Virus genome (UHGV): UHGV-0113858
Length of the DNA: 64,000 nucleotides
Direction: 5' to 3' (one strand)
Source: a virus
Shown: piece by piece, positions 17,972 through 27,805 of the stretch
Position numbering within the stretch: the first letter of the stretch is position 1
How the letters are laid out: the number at the start of each line of letters is the position of its first letter
The notes under the pieces: generated by a model
The model's database searches: none
Told to the model about the DNA's origin: nothing
What the model saw: only the letters and a program-made list of their open reading frames with translations
Made by a program: the position numbers and the translations under genes

Positions 17972-18488
17972 CGTCTTGTCCCTCCAAAAAATAAAATGGC
18001 TTAAGATTCAGCCTGTTCTTTCGATCCCAGACAAAGTAAGCATACCCACTTCCGTCTGTTTTACCATCTTCAGTAAATGATGGTCTTTGAGACAACACCA
18101 TCAGACTGGTGATAGGATTCTCTTGCCACCATTCCCATCGCTTCATACTCTCAAGGAACCCTAACCGCAAAAGCATAATCACGACATCGGCATCGTCAAG
18201 TGCTTTTGTCACAAACTCTTGGGCCAATGAATATGGCGGGTTGGTGATGATGCAATCCACATGATTTGGATAATAGGTGTTGAGATAATCCACACCTTCA
18301 CGAATTTCCCCCCAAGCTGAACCGAGAGGCATGTGATTATAGAACCTCCCAGACGCTCTACAAGGTTCTAGGTATGTCCATGAGGGGTTAATAGGGATAA
18401 CATCCAAAAGGGCCTGTACGGCCCATTCAGGAGTCTCATATACGTCCATAGGCTTGCGTTCAGATTTCTTTTTCAAAGGGACCATCAT
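17805..18488 (-). CDS. DNA N6-adenine methyltransferase (small phage Dam-like); C-terminal 50 aa dubious
   Basis: DCIITNPPYS motif IV; low-complexity tail overlapping next ORF. Confidence 0.5.
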   Translation of the reverse strand: MMVPLKKKSERKPMDVYETPEWAVQALLDVIPINPSWTYLEPCRASGRFYNHMPLGSAWGEIREGVDYLNTYYPNHVDCIITNPPYSLAQEFVTKALDDADVVIMLLRLGFLESMKRWEWWQENPITSLMVLSQRPSFTEDGKTDGSGYAYFVWDRKNRLNLKPFYFLEGQDDECRKQDARDRRNRKRSNPARDEPVVRQHGGGDSPMCQEGTFGDGDGDRPAGSPA

Positions 18489-19159
18489 TTCCTCAACGTC
18501 TTATGTGTCAAATTACCCTCTGCCAGATCTTGCAAAATGTTTTTGCAGATAGTCTTTATAGCTGCTCCCACCCTTTCATCTTGATAAGGTGACAACAGAT
18601 ACTTCTTCCTTGCCAGCATCAGTATTTCAACTTTTCTTTTTTGCCAAGAACGATGCGCCTCGTAGGCATTATCGAAATATCCCAAGAATTCTCTTTCGCC
18701 ACGGTTTGAAATCTGGGCCTTGTATTTACCAATCGCCTTATTAAAGTATACACCAAGTGGAAGATGTGAATCCCCCTGCCTATCGTTCAACAAACTATTT
18801 AACCATGATGGTATAAATACGCATTCCTCAGGGCCGTAGGTTTTCCCATCTCCCAAAAAGTCCTTGTCCAACTCTAGGGTCTTGTCAAGAAATCCCATCT
18901 TATTTCGGTTTTCCTGCACCCATGATTTAAAATTTTCGAAAGTGTGCCATACCTCCGCCACAACACAACCTCTGTAGCTGGGATTTTTCAAGAGATATAC
19001 TTCGGAGTAACAACGTCTTAAGATAGATGTCCAGAGAACGTAATAAGGGCATTTCCAGAGCATAACTTTGTTTTCGAAAGCATACACCTTTGTTGAAGGG
19101 GCCTTGTGGCCCACTCCAAACACCCTACGTTCCCCCTTTTTCTTTAGGGGAGCACTCAT
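18485..19159 (-). CDS. HNH_3/AP2-domain homing endonuclease-like protein
   Basis: YRGCVVAEVWHTFENF N-terminal module; AP2-like GVYFNKAIGKYKAQISNRGEREFLGYFDNAYEAHRSW. Confidence 0.5.
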   Translation of the reverse strand: MSAPLKKKGERRVFGVGHKAPSTKVYAFENKVMLWKCPYYVLWTSILRRCYSEVYLLKNPSYRGCVVAEVWHTFENFKSWVQENRNKMGFLDKTLELDKDFLGDGKTYGPEECVFIPSWLNSLLNDRQGDSHLPLGVYFNKAIGKYKAQISNRGEREFLGYFDNAYEAHRSWQKRKVEILMLARKKYLLSPYQDERVGAAIKTICKNILQDLAEGNLTHKTLRK

Positions 19160-20085
19160 TACTCGGCATTCCCAAAGGTGTCGATGATAACTTCACCTGC
19201 GGTCAGGAGAGCTTCGATTAGTGCTTGGCGATCACGAGAAGTGATCTCCAGAGCATTCTCTTCCCCTTGTGCAATAGCCCCGACCTGTGACAGGATGCTT
19301 TGCAGCTCATCAATGTTGAAGATATCAAAATCAGAGGCCTTCAGGTTTCTCACATCCAACGAGAAAGTCTCGCCATCGACATGTACCTTCAGGACAACAC
19401 TGCGGTCAGGATCTCCAGTAACAGTGTCCTCTTTCTGGGTATCTTTCACACCAACAGGGGTTACGATCGGATTTTTACCGGATTTCATCCTTTCGATATT
19501 TTTATCATCCAAAATCACTGCGCGGGTTCGTTTCGTGATCTCAACTTCATCCAGCCACACCTGCCCGCCACCTTTGATTGTGTTGATCTCCCCATCCGTC
19601 AATACACCTTTGTAGAAATAATCGATTAAGCGATCGAAGTGTTGTTTATAGAACAGCACCTGGGTATAAATATTAGCCCCATCACCAAATGCCCCGCCCT
19701 GATAGTTATGGAACATAAATTCCGTCATCGGGGCGACAGTTCGCTCTTTAGAAGCCAGCCATAAGATTGTTCCAGCAGAACACACCTGCCCCTCTGCATG
19801 GGTAACTACAGTTGCTTGACTCTCGCGCATCGCACTAACATAAGCCATTGCGATATCTACACGTCCACCGTAAGTGTTGATGATAACACGCACCATATCG
19901 TCTGGGTTGGCTTGACGTATTTGTTGCAATTTATTGAAATGATCTTCCATATAATCCAAATCATGAATATAGATCACATGCTCATGAGAGGGCATTGGAT
20001 AGCAGAAAGAACCTTCCCCACCAAAACCACCGCCAAAGCCAAAGTAATTCTTTTTGTCGTTATTCTGCATCTTGTGTCTCCCCAT
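19159..20085 (-). CDS. ClpP/S14-like serine peptidase domain protein with Gly-rich N-terminus
   Basis: VIINTYGGRVDIAMAYVSAMRE...GQVCSAGTILWLAS resembles ClpP core. Confidence 0.45.
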   Translation of the reverse strand: MGRHKMQNNDKKNYFGFGGGFGGEGSFCYPMPSHEHVIYIHDLDYMEDHFNKLQQIRQANPDDMVRVIINTYGGRVDIAMAYVSAMRESQATVVTHAEGQVCSAGTILWLASKERTVAPMTEFMFHNYQGGAFGDGANIYTQVLFYKQHFDRLIDYFYKGVLTDGEINTIKGGGQVWLDEVEITKRTRAVILDDKNIERMKSGKNPIVTPVGVKDTQKEDTVTGDPDRSVVLKVHVDGETFSLDVRNLKASDFDIFNIDELQSILSQVGAIAQGEENALEITSRDRQALIEALLTAGEVIIDTFGNAE

Positions 20086-20554
20086 TCGCGTCTACAATCA
20101 GTTGTCGTAATGTGTATGCATTCCGTAACAACCAGTCTATATTGAACCCTGAATCATCATCCACAAGGACTTGGTCGCTGTACTTAAAGCACAGGAGTAC
20201 CCTCTTGGCGCGTTCTGAGGCTACTGCCGCTTGATGCAACAGCGTAAAGTGGTTAAGCTCTTCTTTGGTCAAACTCACGTACTGAGATTTTCCATCTAGG
20301 TAAATCAAATGTTCCAACAGGTCACGACGATCCGGGAACATCCAAGAGGCATCCCGCTCGGCAGCGGAACGACTATAAATCATCCGGGTAAAGAACCCGT
20401 CATTCATTCTATAAAGTGATTCAGCCACAACCTTTAGATAGAGATTGTAATACTTTGTCACCTCGGACTCGAAAAATTCAGGCTCGACGACTCCACAATT
20501 CTTCAGTTCCATCAGTCTCCGATGGGAAAGAATCCCATGAATACTAACTGTCAT
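20060..20554 (-). CDS. hypothetical protein (164 aa)
   Basis: ORF. Confidence 0.4.
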   Translation of the reverse strand: MTVSIHGILSHRRLMELKNCGVVEPEFFESEVTKYYNLYLKVVAESLYRMNDGFFTRMIYSRSAAERDASWMFPDRRDLLEHLIYLDGKSQYVSLTKEELNHFTLLHQAAVASERAKRVLLCFKYSDQVLVDDDSGFNIDWLLRNAYTLRQLIVDANGETQDAE

Positions 20555-20561
20555 ACTCCTC

Positions 20562-20873
20562 CTATCGAGCTATAAGGTACTTAATACTTCCGTCTTTCTC
20601 ACGGTGACCGATATCTACCACATAGTATGGTCCAAACTTGTCAACGTTCACCTTGTCACCAACGAATAACTCTCTCTTACTTTGGTACTCAATGGATTCC
20701 AGGAAGTATCTGAATAAATCAGTATCGTCTGTGTTACAGATGTTTTTCATCCCGCCATCCTTGTAAGTAATGAAAATCACTTTGTTACCGATTTTACCAA
20801 CTGACCAGCCCTGCCCATCAACTTTAACGAGACAATAAGAATTATTAAGCTTATCGCGAAATCTGGATGCCAC
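20562..20873 (-). CDS. hypothetical protein (103 aa)
   Basis: ORF. Confidence 0.4.
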   Translation of the reverse strand: MASRFRDKLNNSYCLVKVDGQGWSVGKIGNKVIFITYKDGGMKNICNTDDTDLFRYFLESIEYQSKRELFVGDKVNVDKFGPYYVVDIGHREKDGSIKYLIAR

Positions 20874-21492
20874 GTTTTTCCTCCAAGGATCTTAAGAACC
20901 TCTCCAACAAGGCTAGTTTATCAGGTGTGTTCAGGTTAAGAACCCGAACTCCGTACTTTCTGGCTAAATTAACTGCGGTTGCAGTACCTCCCTTAGGATT
21001 TCCGTTCCTATCTTCTTTGGCATAGTACAAACAAAATGCAGAGGGACGTGGATCGAGGATATTGGCCCCCAAGACTTGATGCACATTACGAGAATGGAGC
21101 GCAAAAGCTCCTCTTTTTCTTTTAAGAGCTTCAAAATTAGGATGAATCTCCTCAACCAGTTCCTCACGTACAACCTTTTGGTCGGGAATCAGATAATCAA
21201 GATAATCTAAAGGATAATCCCAGAAATCCCAGAGATTGTCATTGTCAGATGCAAATCCATCCCAGGGTATATAGATCTCCGCCAAATGTGTACGATACTC
21301 TTCTTGCTTCCCATTGTCAAGAGATTCGTAATATTTTTGCATTCCGACCTGGAATGCTTCATCTGCGCCACCTGCTTTTCCACTTCTCAAGGTGAATCCG
21401 CACCTTGCAAGGCGGAAACCAGCATCTTCCATGATGCTGATAACCTCAGGAGGGGTCTCCCTGCTTCCTATGCCGCTGTAGTACGCTCTCAC
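20851..21492 (-). CDS. DprA/SLOG-like Rossmann-fold protein
   Basis: GIGSRETP...RSGKAGGADEAF resembles the DprA GSR...SGxAxGxD motif. Confidence 0.4.
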   Translation of the reverse strand: MRAYYSGIGSRETPPEVISIMEDAGFRLARCGFTLRSGKAGGADEAFQVGMQKYYESLDNGKQEEYRTHLAEIYIPWDGFASDNDNLWDFWDYPLDYLDYLIPDQKVVREELVEEIHPNFEALKRKRGAFALHSRNVHQVLGANILDPRPSAFCLYYAKEDRNGNPKGGTATAVNLARKYGVRVLNLNTPDKLALLERFLRSLEEKRGIQISR

Positions 21493-22094
21493 ATTCCCTC
21501 CCTTTTTGTTATATTACGGCAGAAGTCTAAAAATTCCTCTTCCGTAAGGTCGTTTTTCATCCTGTTTACCGCATAGGTTACCCATTCAACATTCCCTAAT
21601 GTATAGCCCTTGCTTGGTATTTTCCTATCTATAGATGGAAAATCCCTATGAGGTTGTCCCTTCTCTGAACACCGAAGGGTAAAATCCAGTTTCTTTCCTG
21701 TATATCGACATAACCCGCCCTGAGCATCAAACTCATGAATAAGATCTTCGGCAGTGAGATTGAACGGCAGGTTTTCACTCTTTGCTCTTGCCTTGAGCTG
21801 GGATAACAGTTTTTTGCAGTACCATTTATAATCTTCCTTTATTCTGGCGTTGTGCAAAGCTCTTTTTCTTACCATGCACAACTTACATGCTCCATCGTAA
21901 CCTACAGAAACAATCTTGCCGTTTTCATCCCTGTAGTATCTATGTACACCGAAGTTTTCTTTATTCAAGTCTTTTATTTCCTGACATGAACTGCAACAAC
22001 GTTTGCCTTGTGGATGAAATACATATCTATTCATCTTTCTTAATGTTTGCCCAGAGTAGGGTGGGCTTTCGCCCACGCCTGTATAATAAGCCAT
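21489..22094 (-). CDS. HNH_3-type homing endonuclease-like protein
   Basis: PSIDRKIPSKGYTLGNVEWV C-terminal motif; Cys pairs upstream. Confidence 0.45.
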   Translation of the reverse strand: MAYYTGVGESPPYSGQTLRKMNRYVFHPQGKRCCSSCQEIKDLNKENFGVHRYYRDENGKIVSVGYDGACKLCMVRKRALHNARIKEDYKWYCKKLLSQLKARAKSENLPFNLTAEDLIHEFDAQGGLCRYTGKKLDFTLRCSEKGQPHRDFPSIDRKIPSKGYTLGNVEWVTYAVNRMKNDLTEEEFLDFCRNITKREGM

Positions 22095-22103
22095 AATCCT
22101 CCG

Positions 22104-22892
22104 TTACGAAGCCAGTGGAGTATAGCGTCCTTCTGCACGGTCGGCGATTAACGCCTTGGCAATGTCACGAACCATACCACCACGGACGATGTCATCATCT
22201 GGGTTGTCGAAGTTTACAATACCCACACCCGCGATCCCGTTCCGGCTCAGGAAATCTTCCACCCACTCCAGACCGGATATTCCGTGGATATCTTTCTGAG
22301 AGGCATCCCCCATGACCACGAGTGTACAGTTGTCAGAGATACGTGTGATGATACTCAACATTTCCTCTGGGGTACTCTGCTGGGCTTCGTCGATCAGGAG
22401 ATAGCTTCTTTCATCGAATGAACGACCACGGATGCTTTCCAATTCCTGAACTTCAATACGCCCATTCAGACCATCTTTAAGCGCATTGTAATAGGCACCG
22501 TCGCCCATACGTTTACGGATGGTGTCTAACATGTTACGAACATACGGGAAGAGTTTTTCCAACGATGTTCCCGGTTTGAAGCCGGAGGTTTTACCCGTCT
22601 GCACATAAGGGCGAGCGACAATGATCTTGTCGAGTTCATTCTTACGGAGCAGATCAGCAGCGTAGGCCGATGCCAGGTAAGTTTTACCTGTACCGAAGAT
22701 ACCTTTTGCGATAACAATATTGCAAGTTTGCAACTTGTGAAGGTAATCTTGCTGCTTGTCATTCAGAGGAGTCAGCGGTTGAGCGCTATTCCTTTCCTCA
22801 TCGAATTTAGGGTGGTGCTTGGCTTGTCTCTCAGCACGTTGTTGCTGGCGAACGCTGAGTTTGGTTGCACGAGCCTCTTTGCTTCTTCCCAT
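22104..22892 (-). CDS. phoH: PhoH-like ATPase
   Basis: Walker A GIFGTGKTYLA and PhoH core. Confidence 0.8.
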   Translation of the reverse strand: MGRSKEARATKLSVRQQQRAERQAKHHPKFDEERNSAQPLTPLNDKQQDYLHKLQTCNIVIAKGIFGTGKTYLASAYAADLLRKNELDKIIVARPYVQTGKTSGFKPGTSLEKLFPYVRNMLDTIRKRMGDGAYYNALKDGLNGRIEVQELESIRGRSFDERSYLLIDEAQQSTPEEMLSIITRISDNCTLVVMGDASQKDIHGISGLEWVEDFLSRNGIAGVGIVNFDNPDDDIVRGGMVRDIAKALIADRAEGRYTPLAS

Positions 22893-22902
22893 GTGGTTCT
22901 CC

Positions 22903-23457
22903 TTAAGAGGTTAGAACAGATTTTGCCTTTTTGTAGTATGCGGTTCTTTCTGCGAGGTGGTTAGTCCCGCCATTTACCAGCTTGGTGATTTTGGTGATAT
23001 CATCAGCATCGCAAGCGGCGTTGATGTTTCTCATGTTCCAGTACCAACCAGCGCTGGCAACTGCATATTTCGGCTGTTCAAGTAATTCAGGGTGATTGAC
23101 GAGATCCAACCCTAAGGCTTTACCACAAGCTTTGTAGTTTGCAAGCCCGGTGACTTGGATCAGACCACGTCCCTTGTACTTAGCTCCGTCACCATCCTTT
23201 TCTGGTGTATTGCCAAGTCGCTTTGCAATTGGTCCGGTATCATACTTATTAAAGTAGGCATTGTTTCCAAGCTCTCTGGTATACAGGAACTCTGCGGACT
23301 CCACACCGATTTGGGAAAGGAATCCGGCAATGCGGTTGACAGTATTAATACCACCCTTCTCAAACAAATCATTCAAAGGACCAATAAACTTGGCATTTCT
23401 GCCAGCCTTCGCGCCATTCGGAAATATTTTGTTGAGTTGTTCCAGCGTAAGTTTCAA
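22903..23457 (-). CDS. endolysin, glycoside hydrolase family 19 (chitinase-like)
   Basis: KYKGRGLIQVTGLANY GH19 signature. Confidence 0.65.
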   Translation of the reverse strand: MKLTLEQLNKIFPNGAKAGRNAKFIGPLNDLFEKGGINTVNRIAGFLSQIGVESAEFLYTRELGNNAYFNKYDTGPIAKRLGNTPEKDGDGAKYKGRGLIQVTGLANYKACGKALGLDLVNHPELLEQPKYAVASAGWYWNMRNINAACDADDITKITKLVNGGTNHLAERTAYYKKAKSVLTS

Positions 23458-23475
23458 AAGACCTCCTTTTTCAGG

Positions 23476-23856
23476 TTAGGCCTCTCCCACCGCCTCTTCA
23501 AAAGCCGCTTCGAGCTGGGAGGCTACCCCATGAATCTTGATCGTAATCTTCTCTTGGAAGATCGCGTATCTCAGCTCTTCTTCTGTCAAAGCCTCTGCCA
23601 ACTGGCAGACCAATTTATCAAACACTTTCTGTTGAACCCCTGTAGAGAGAGTTTTACGAAGGCGTTCTTTTTTCTCCTTTATTTCCTTGGCAAAATATAC
23701 GTCTTTCTCTCCCTTTACCATGTTCTGGAGACTTTCAACCTGCACCTGCAATCCAGTAGCAAAATCTCCGATCAGTCGGTCCCACACCAGAGAAACAAAC
23801 TCCTTTGCCAGAGAAGGTCGTAAGTCAGTGGTTACAACTGCGGCCTTTTTTGACAT
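23476..23856 (-). CDS. hypothetical protein (126 aa)
   Basis: ORF. Confidence 0.4.
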   Translation of the reverse strand: MSKKAAVVTTDLRPSLAKEFVSLVWDRLIGDFATGLQVQVESLQNMVKGEKDVYFAKEIKEKKERLRKTLSTGVQQKVFDKLVCQLAEALTEEELRYAIFQEKITIKIHGVASQLEAAFEEAVGEA

Positions 23857-23857
23857 T

Positions 23858-23995
23858 AGTAACCCCCGCGAGCGGCAGCGTCTGCTGCAAGTTGCTGAAG
23901 TTCTTCATCAGAAGAGCGTTTATTCTTCGGCTTTTTGCCACGCAGTTCCAGAGCCAGTTCCTTGGTATATGCCTTACGCAGTGCTTTCTTACTCA
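23858..23995 (-). CDS. small basic protein (45 aa, below ORF-track cutoff)
   Basis: ATG; MSKKALRKAYTKEL... Confidence 0.25.
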
Positions 23996-24075
23996 TTCGA
24001 ATTCTCCTCTAAATTTCCTGCCGGACAGATTTCTCGGCAGGATTACATAAATCATACAGACAGAAGGTTGCTATG

Positions 24076-24348
24076 TCAACAGGATTTCATATGTTTTTGC
24101 ACAAAAGCAATGAAGTCATCAGCGCCACCAATGTACTCCGTTGAGGAGTCCGTCTCACGGAAAATCTGCGGGACGGTGCGAGGGATAACCGGGGCGCACT
24201 GCTCCACCAGCTCTTCCTTGGTGTAATTCTTCCCGAGTGTCAGATAGATATACTCGATCCCGTTTGCAATGGCGAACTCCTTCGCGCGGGTGCAGTGCTG
24301 GCAGTTCTCCTTACCATAAATGGTAAAGGTGGAATTCTTCAGATTCAT
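24076..24348 (-). CDS. glutaredoxin/NrdH-like redoxin
   Basis: CQHC active site in the N-terminal third; sits next to nrdAB. Confidence 0.65.
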   Translation of the reverse strand: MNLKNSTFTIYGKENCQHCTRAKEFAIANGIEYIYLTLGKNYTKEELVEQCAPVIPRTVPQIFRETDSSTEYIGGADDFIAFVQKHMKSC

Positions 24349-24357
24349 TGTTACTCC

Positions 24358-25446
24358 TTAAAAATCCCAGACTTCGTCTTCAGCGTCATTGACTGTCGCA
24401 TTAAGACGATAATCGGTGTTTGTTTGTTCCTGATTCGCATTCTGTTGCTTGGAAGGATTCATCCAAACATCCATGAACGGGAGAGGATCACGTTTTGGTG
24501 CTACGAAATCTTTTTCAATGCCGTAGTAATCGTAGATCGGAGCACAGTTCCAGTCAGTCCAATCTTTCAGCAATGGAGCGTTCAACCCGATGATCGCACG
24601 GCCTTCACTGAAGAGATAATCGCCCCAACCATATTCATTGGTACGAACTTCATCCAGAATTGCTTTCAGCTCGTGCTTGATTGCGATAAAACTGGCCTTC
24701 CATACCGGGTCTTTCAGAAGGATATCGATAACTCCGAAATCCATCTTGGTATGCAGCATCTCATCCAACATAATTTTCTGCACTAGCTGCCCCACCTGGA
24801 CAAACACACCCTGTTCTGCAAGAGCGAACGTACAGGCAAAGCTAGAGATGAATTCAATACCTTCCAGCCCCAACAGGGAGAACATAGCTCTCAGGATTCC
24901 TCGACGGATTTCCTCTTTGTCGACAGAGTCCGGGTCAATACGGTATCGAGCACCGAGGATCTCTAATTCACGCATGAATTTGACAATGACTCCAGAGCGT
25001 TCAAGGACTGCTTGGTTGTTCTGAATATCTTCAATGATCTGGCGAGAATTAGGCAGACATTGACGAACGATATCAGAATACGTCAGAGCATGTAGGACTT
25101 CAATCTCTGATTGCTTCATCATCATGGCGAACAGTTCACTATTCGTGATGAACGGTGCAAACAGACAGATGATAGACTGTGCTGCAACACTATCAGCTTC
25201 CCATTGCCACATCAGGGTCTGCACCATGACGTCGTAAGTCGATTTGCTGCAAGTAGCAAAGTCAGTGATAGACTGGCTTAGTTCAACTTCATCTTCTGAC
25301 CAGTCCTGTTCTTTCTGCTTTTTATACAGGTCAAACAGTTGCGGATACTTTTTATTGATGGAGTCATACATCCCCATCTGTTGACCAAGGAACAGGGGGT
25401 AGTCCCCGGTCTTATGCGCGGTGTTTTCTACGTTAAAAACTGCCAT
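24358..25446 (-). CDS. nrdB: ribonucleotide reductase class Ia beta subunit
   Basis: ferritin-like diiron fold, conserved Tyr radical region, acidic C-terminal tail. Confidence 0.85.
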   Translation of the reverse strand: MAVFNVENTAHKTGDYPLFLGQQMGMYDSINKKYPQLFDLYKKQKEQDWSEDEVELSQSITDFATCSKSTYDVMVQTLMWQWEADSVAAQSIICLFAPFITNSELFAMMMKQSEIEVLHALTYSDIVRQCLPNSRQIIEDIQNNQAVLERSGVIVKFMRELEILGARYRIDPDSVDKEEIRRGILRAMFSLLGLEGIEFISSFACTFALAEQGVFVQVGQLVQKIMLDEMLHTKMDFGVIDILLKDPVWKASFIAIKHELKAILDEVRTNEYGWGDYLFSEGRAIIGLNAPLLKDWTDWNCAPIYDYYGIEKDFVAPKRDPLPFMDVWMNPSKQQNANQEQTNTDYRLNATVNDAEDEVWDF

Positions 25447-25483
25447 TTTCTCTCCTCAAAAACGGGGCCGAAGCCCCTACAAC

Positions 25484-27796
25484 TTATAAAGAACAACTTT
25501 CGCAATAAGGATCTTCAGTATCCCCGGCGATAAGTGGTGCAACAGCCCTTGTCTCTTCCTCAGCTTTTGCTTTAGCATGAAGTTCCTCAGTGAGGGAGTC
25601 TCCCGCCCCAACCTTGGAGTTCAGGTAATACCATGTCTTCATTCCCATCTTCGTGGCGCGAATCAGATACCCAAGTTGTTGTTTCATGGAAATCTTACCA
25701 TCCGGCAACTGGGTATAGTCGATGTAAAGATCCGCACTAATTGCTTGCCCTGCGAACTTCTGAATGATTGCATAGGTATCAATCAAGTCATTCGTATCGA
25801 TATCCCAAGCCGATGTGTAATATTCCTTCAGCTCTTCATACTCAGGCACGATAAACAGCACAGAGCCTTGAGGGGATTTCTTGAAGATCACATGGTCACG
25901 TACTGGATACAGGCCATTTGTTGTGTTGGTAGCCAATGATGAACTTTCGTTCGGCATATAAGCTTCCAGAACACTGTTACGGATACCACCATTTTCGATG
26001 ATTTCCTGGCGCAAAGTTTCCCAGTCCTGCTTCAGGCTCGGATTCTTCACGACACTATCAACTGCCTTATTATAGGTATCGATAGGCAACCAACCCTGCG
26101 GATACTTAGTCTTATTCATCCACGGAGCAACACCACGCTCTTTAGCCAGTCGCAGACTTGCCTTATGCAGACTGAAGCTATGCAGTTCTGCCAGATCGTG
26201 AACCAACTGCTTGCTCTCAGGAGAACCATACGCGACTTTGTGTTTCGCGATGTAGTGTGCAAGGTTGGTCAGGCCAACACCAATCGAACGACGAGATTCG
26301 GCTGTGTACTTCATGTTCTCATACGGATAATCCATGATATCCATAACGTTGTCGATCATCAGGACGGTGTAGTAAGCAACATCCTCGTATTCTTCTTCGG
26401 AAACACGACCAGCAACCAGAGAGGCGATAAAGCACAATGCAACTTCACCATCATCGATGGTCGGGTTGAAAATATTGCGCATATCTGTATACCCTTTTGT
26501 TGGCAGACAGATTTCTTGACACAAGTTAGATGAGTAAATTGTCTCAAGGAATGGCGTATGACGGTTCATTTCGTCAGGCCAGTAAACATAAAGACGACCA
26601 GTTTCAGCACGTTGAGTGATCAGTTCCATTGCCAGATCACGAGCCTTCACCCAAGTCTTTGGAATCTTAGTATCTGCTGCTACACGGGCAACCTCAGCAT
26701 CAAACTCCTGCATTGTCATTCGGAACATACCCTCATGCAGCTGAGGGGCATCCTTATACGACACCAACATCCAGTCCAGATTCTTAGCCACTCGATTCAT
26801 GAACGAGTGGTTGACACCGATCGAATAGTCCATCGTATTTATACGCTTTGAGGTAACCGTCATCGGGTTACGCAGGCGCATCAGTTCTTCAACTTGCGGG
26901 TCTAGCGCAAGGAAAGATACCGTTGCAGAACCACCACGGGATTGTTGGCGATTTTCCTTAACACCTACATCAATTCCACGGTAATAAGGGAGTTTACCCA
27001 TATGCTTGATCGTATTGTCACGAACACCATCGCCGATAGAACGAGAAGACAGATAATATCCAATCCCCGCTTGTGCTACTGTCATAGTGTACGCCACTTC
27101 ACGGGCAACACCAATACTTTTAGCTGTATCGTCTGCTTTGATAATGCAACAGGATGCATATCCAGTTTTACCAGTACGCAACCCATTCAGGTACGGCGTT
27201 GGTGCATTGATTTTAAGATCAGAAAGATACGTATACAGTCTGATGACGTCATTCTTCCTGCGGGATAGTGGCATATTCTTCATAACAGCCATAGCAATAC
27301 CCATGAACATCATCTGTGGGGATTCGAACAGGATATCATTGATGTTATCTTTGATACCATACTTATCCCGGAACTGTTTCAGAACCGCATACCCATAACT
27401 CAGGTCCTTACTGTGGTCAATGACTTGATCAAAGTTTAACAGCTCAGGTCCAGTATAGCCCATTTCTTCCCAGTACCCACGCATCACCATGTCCTGGTAA
27501 AACTCGGTAAGGCTTGGGATTTTCTTAAATCCGCCAAAAGCTTCCTTGTAGATTTGTCCAATCAGGACGCGCCCAGCCATCCGTGAATGGGCTTCGTCTT
27601 TACGACTCACACAGGCGTCGATCAATGCCTGGTTAACTTCACGAGTGGTGCAGCCGTCATACAGTCGCTTATATGCATCCATTGAGATATACGACCAGTT
27701 ACCATTACCGTCATCACCAAAGATAGCGGCCTTGTTTAGACGTTCTGGTTCAAATGGAACCACACTGCCATCACTCTTCACAACTGTATTGATCAA
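25484..27796 (-). CDS. nrdA: ribonucleotide reductase class Ia alpha subunit
   Basis: 770 aa, ATP-cone N-terminus, C-terminal CESCSL redox cysteines. Confidence 0.9.
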   Translation of the reverse strand: MINTVVKSDGSVVPFEPERLNKAAIFGDDGNGNWSYISMDAYKRLYDGCTTREVNQALIDACVSRKDEAHSRMAGRVLIGQIYKEAFGGFKKIPSLTEFYQDMVMRGYWEEMGYTGPELLNFDQVIDHSKDLSYGYAVLKQFRDKYGIKDNINDILFESPQMMFMGIAMAVMKNMPLSRRKNDVIRLYTYLSDLKINAPTPYLNGLRTGKTGYASCCIIKADDTAKSIGVAREVAYTMTVAQAGIGYYLSSRSIGDGVRDNTIKHMGKLPYYRGIDVGVKENRQQSRGGSATVSFLALDPQVEELMRLRNPMTVTSKRINTMDYSIGVNHSFMNRVAKNLDWMLVSYKDAPQLHEGMFRMTMQEFDAEVARVAADTKIPKTWVKARDLAMELITQRAETGRLYVYWPDEMNRHTPFLETIYSSNLCQEICLPTKGYTDMRNIFNPTIDDGEVALCFIASLVAGRVSEEEYEDVAYYTVLMIDNVMDIMDYPYENMKYTAESRRSIGVGLTNLAHYIAKHKVAYGSPESKQLVHDLAELHSFSLHKASLRLAKERGVAPWMNKTKYPQGWLPIDTYNKAVDSVVKNPSLKQDWETLRQEIIENGGIRNSVLEAYMPNESSSLATNTTNGLYPVRDHVIFKKSPQGSVLFIVPEYEELKEYYTSAWDIDTNDLIDTYAIIQKFAGQAISADLYIDYTQLPDGKISMKQQLGYLIRATKMGMKTWYYLNSKVGAGDSLTEELHAKAKAEEETRAVAPLIAGDTEDPYCESCSL

Positions 27797-27805
27797 ACTT
27801 TCCCC

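Noticed and set aside
23155-23823. 222-aa plus-strand ORF
   Set aside because: Antisense to the GH19 endolysin and the following minus-strand gene, which both have clear motifs and signals
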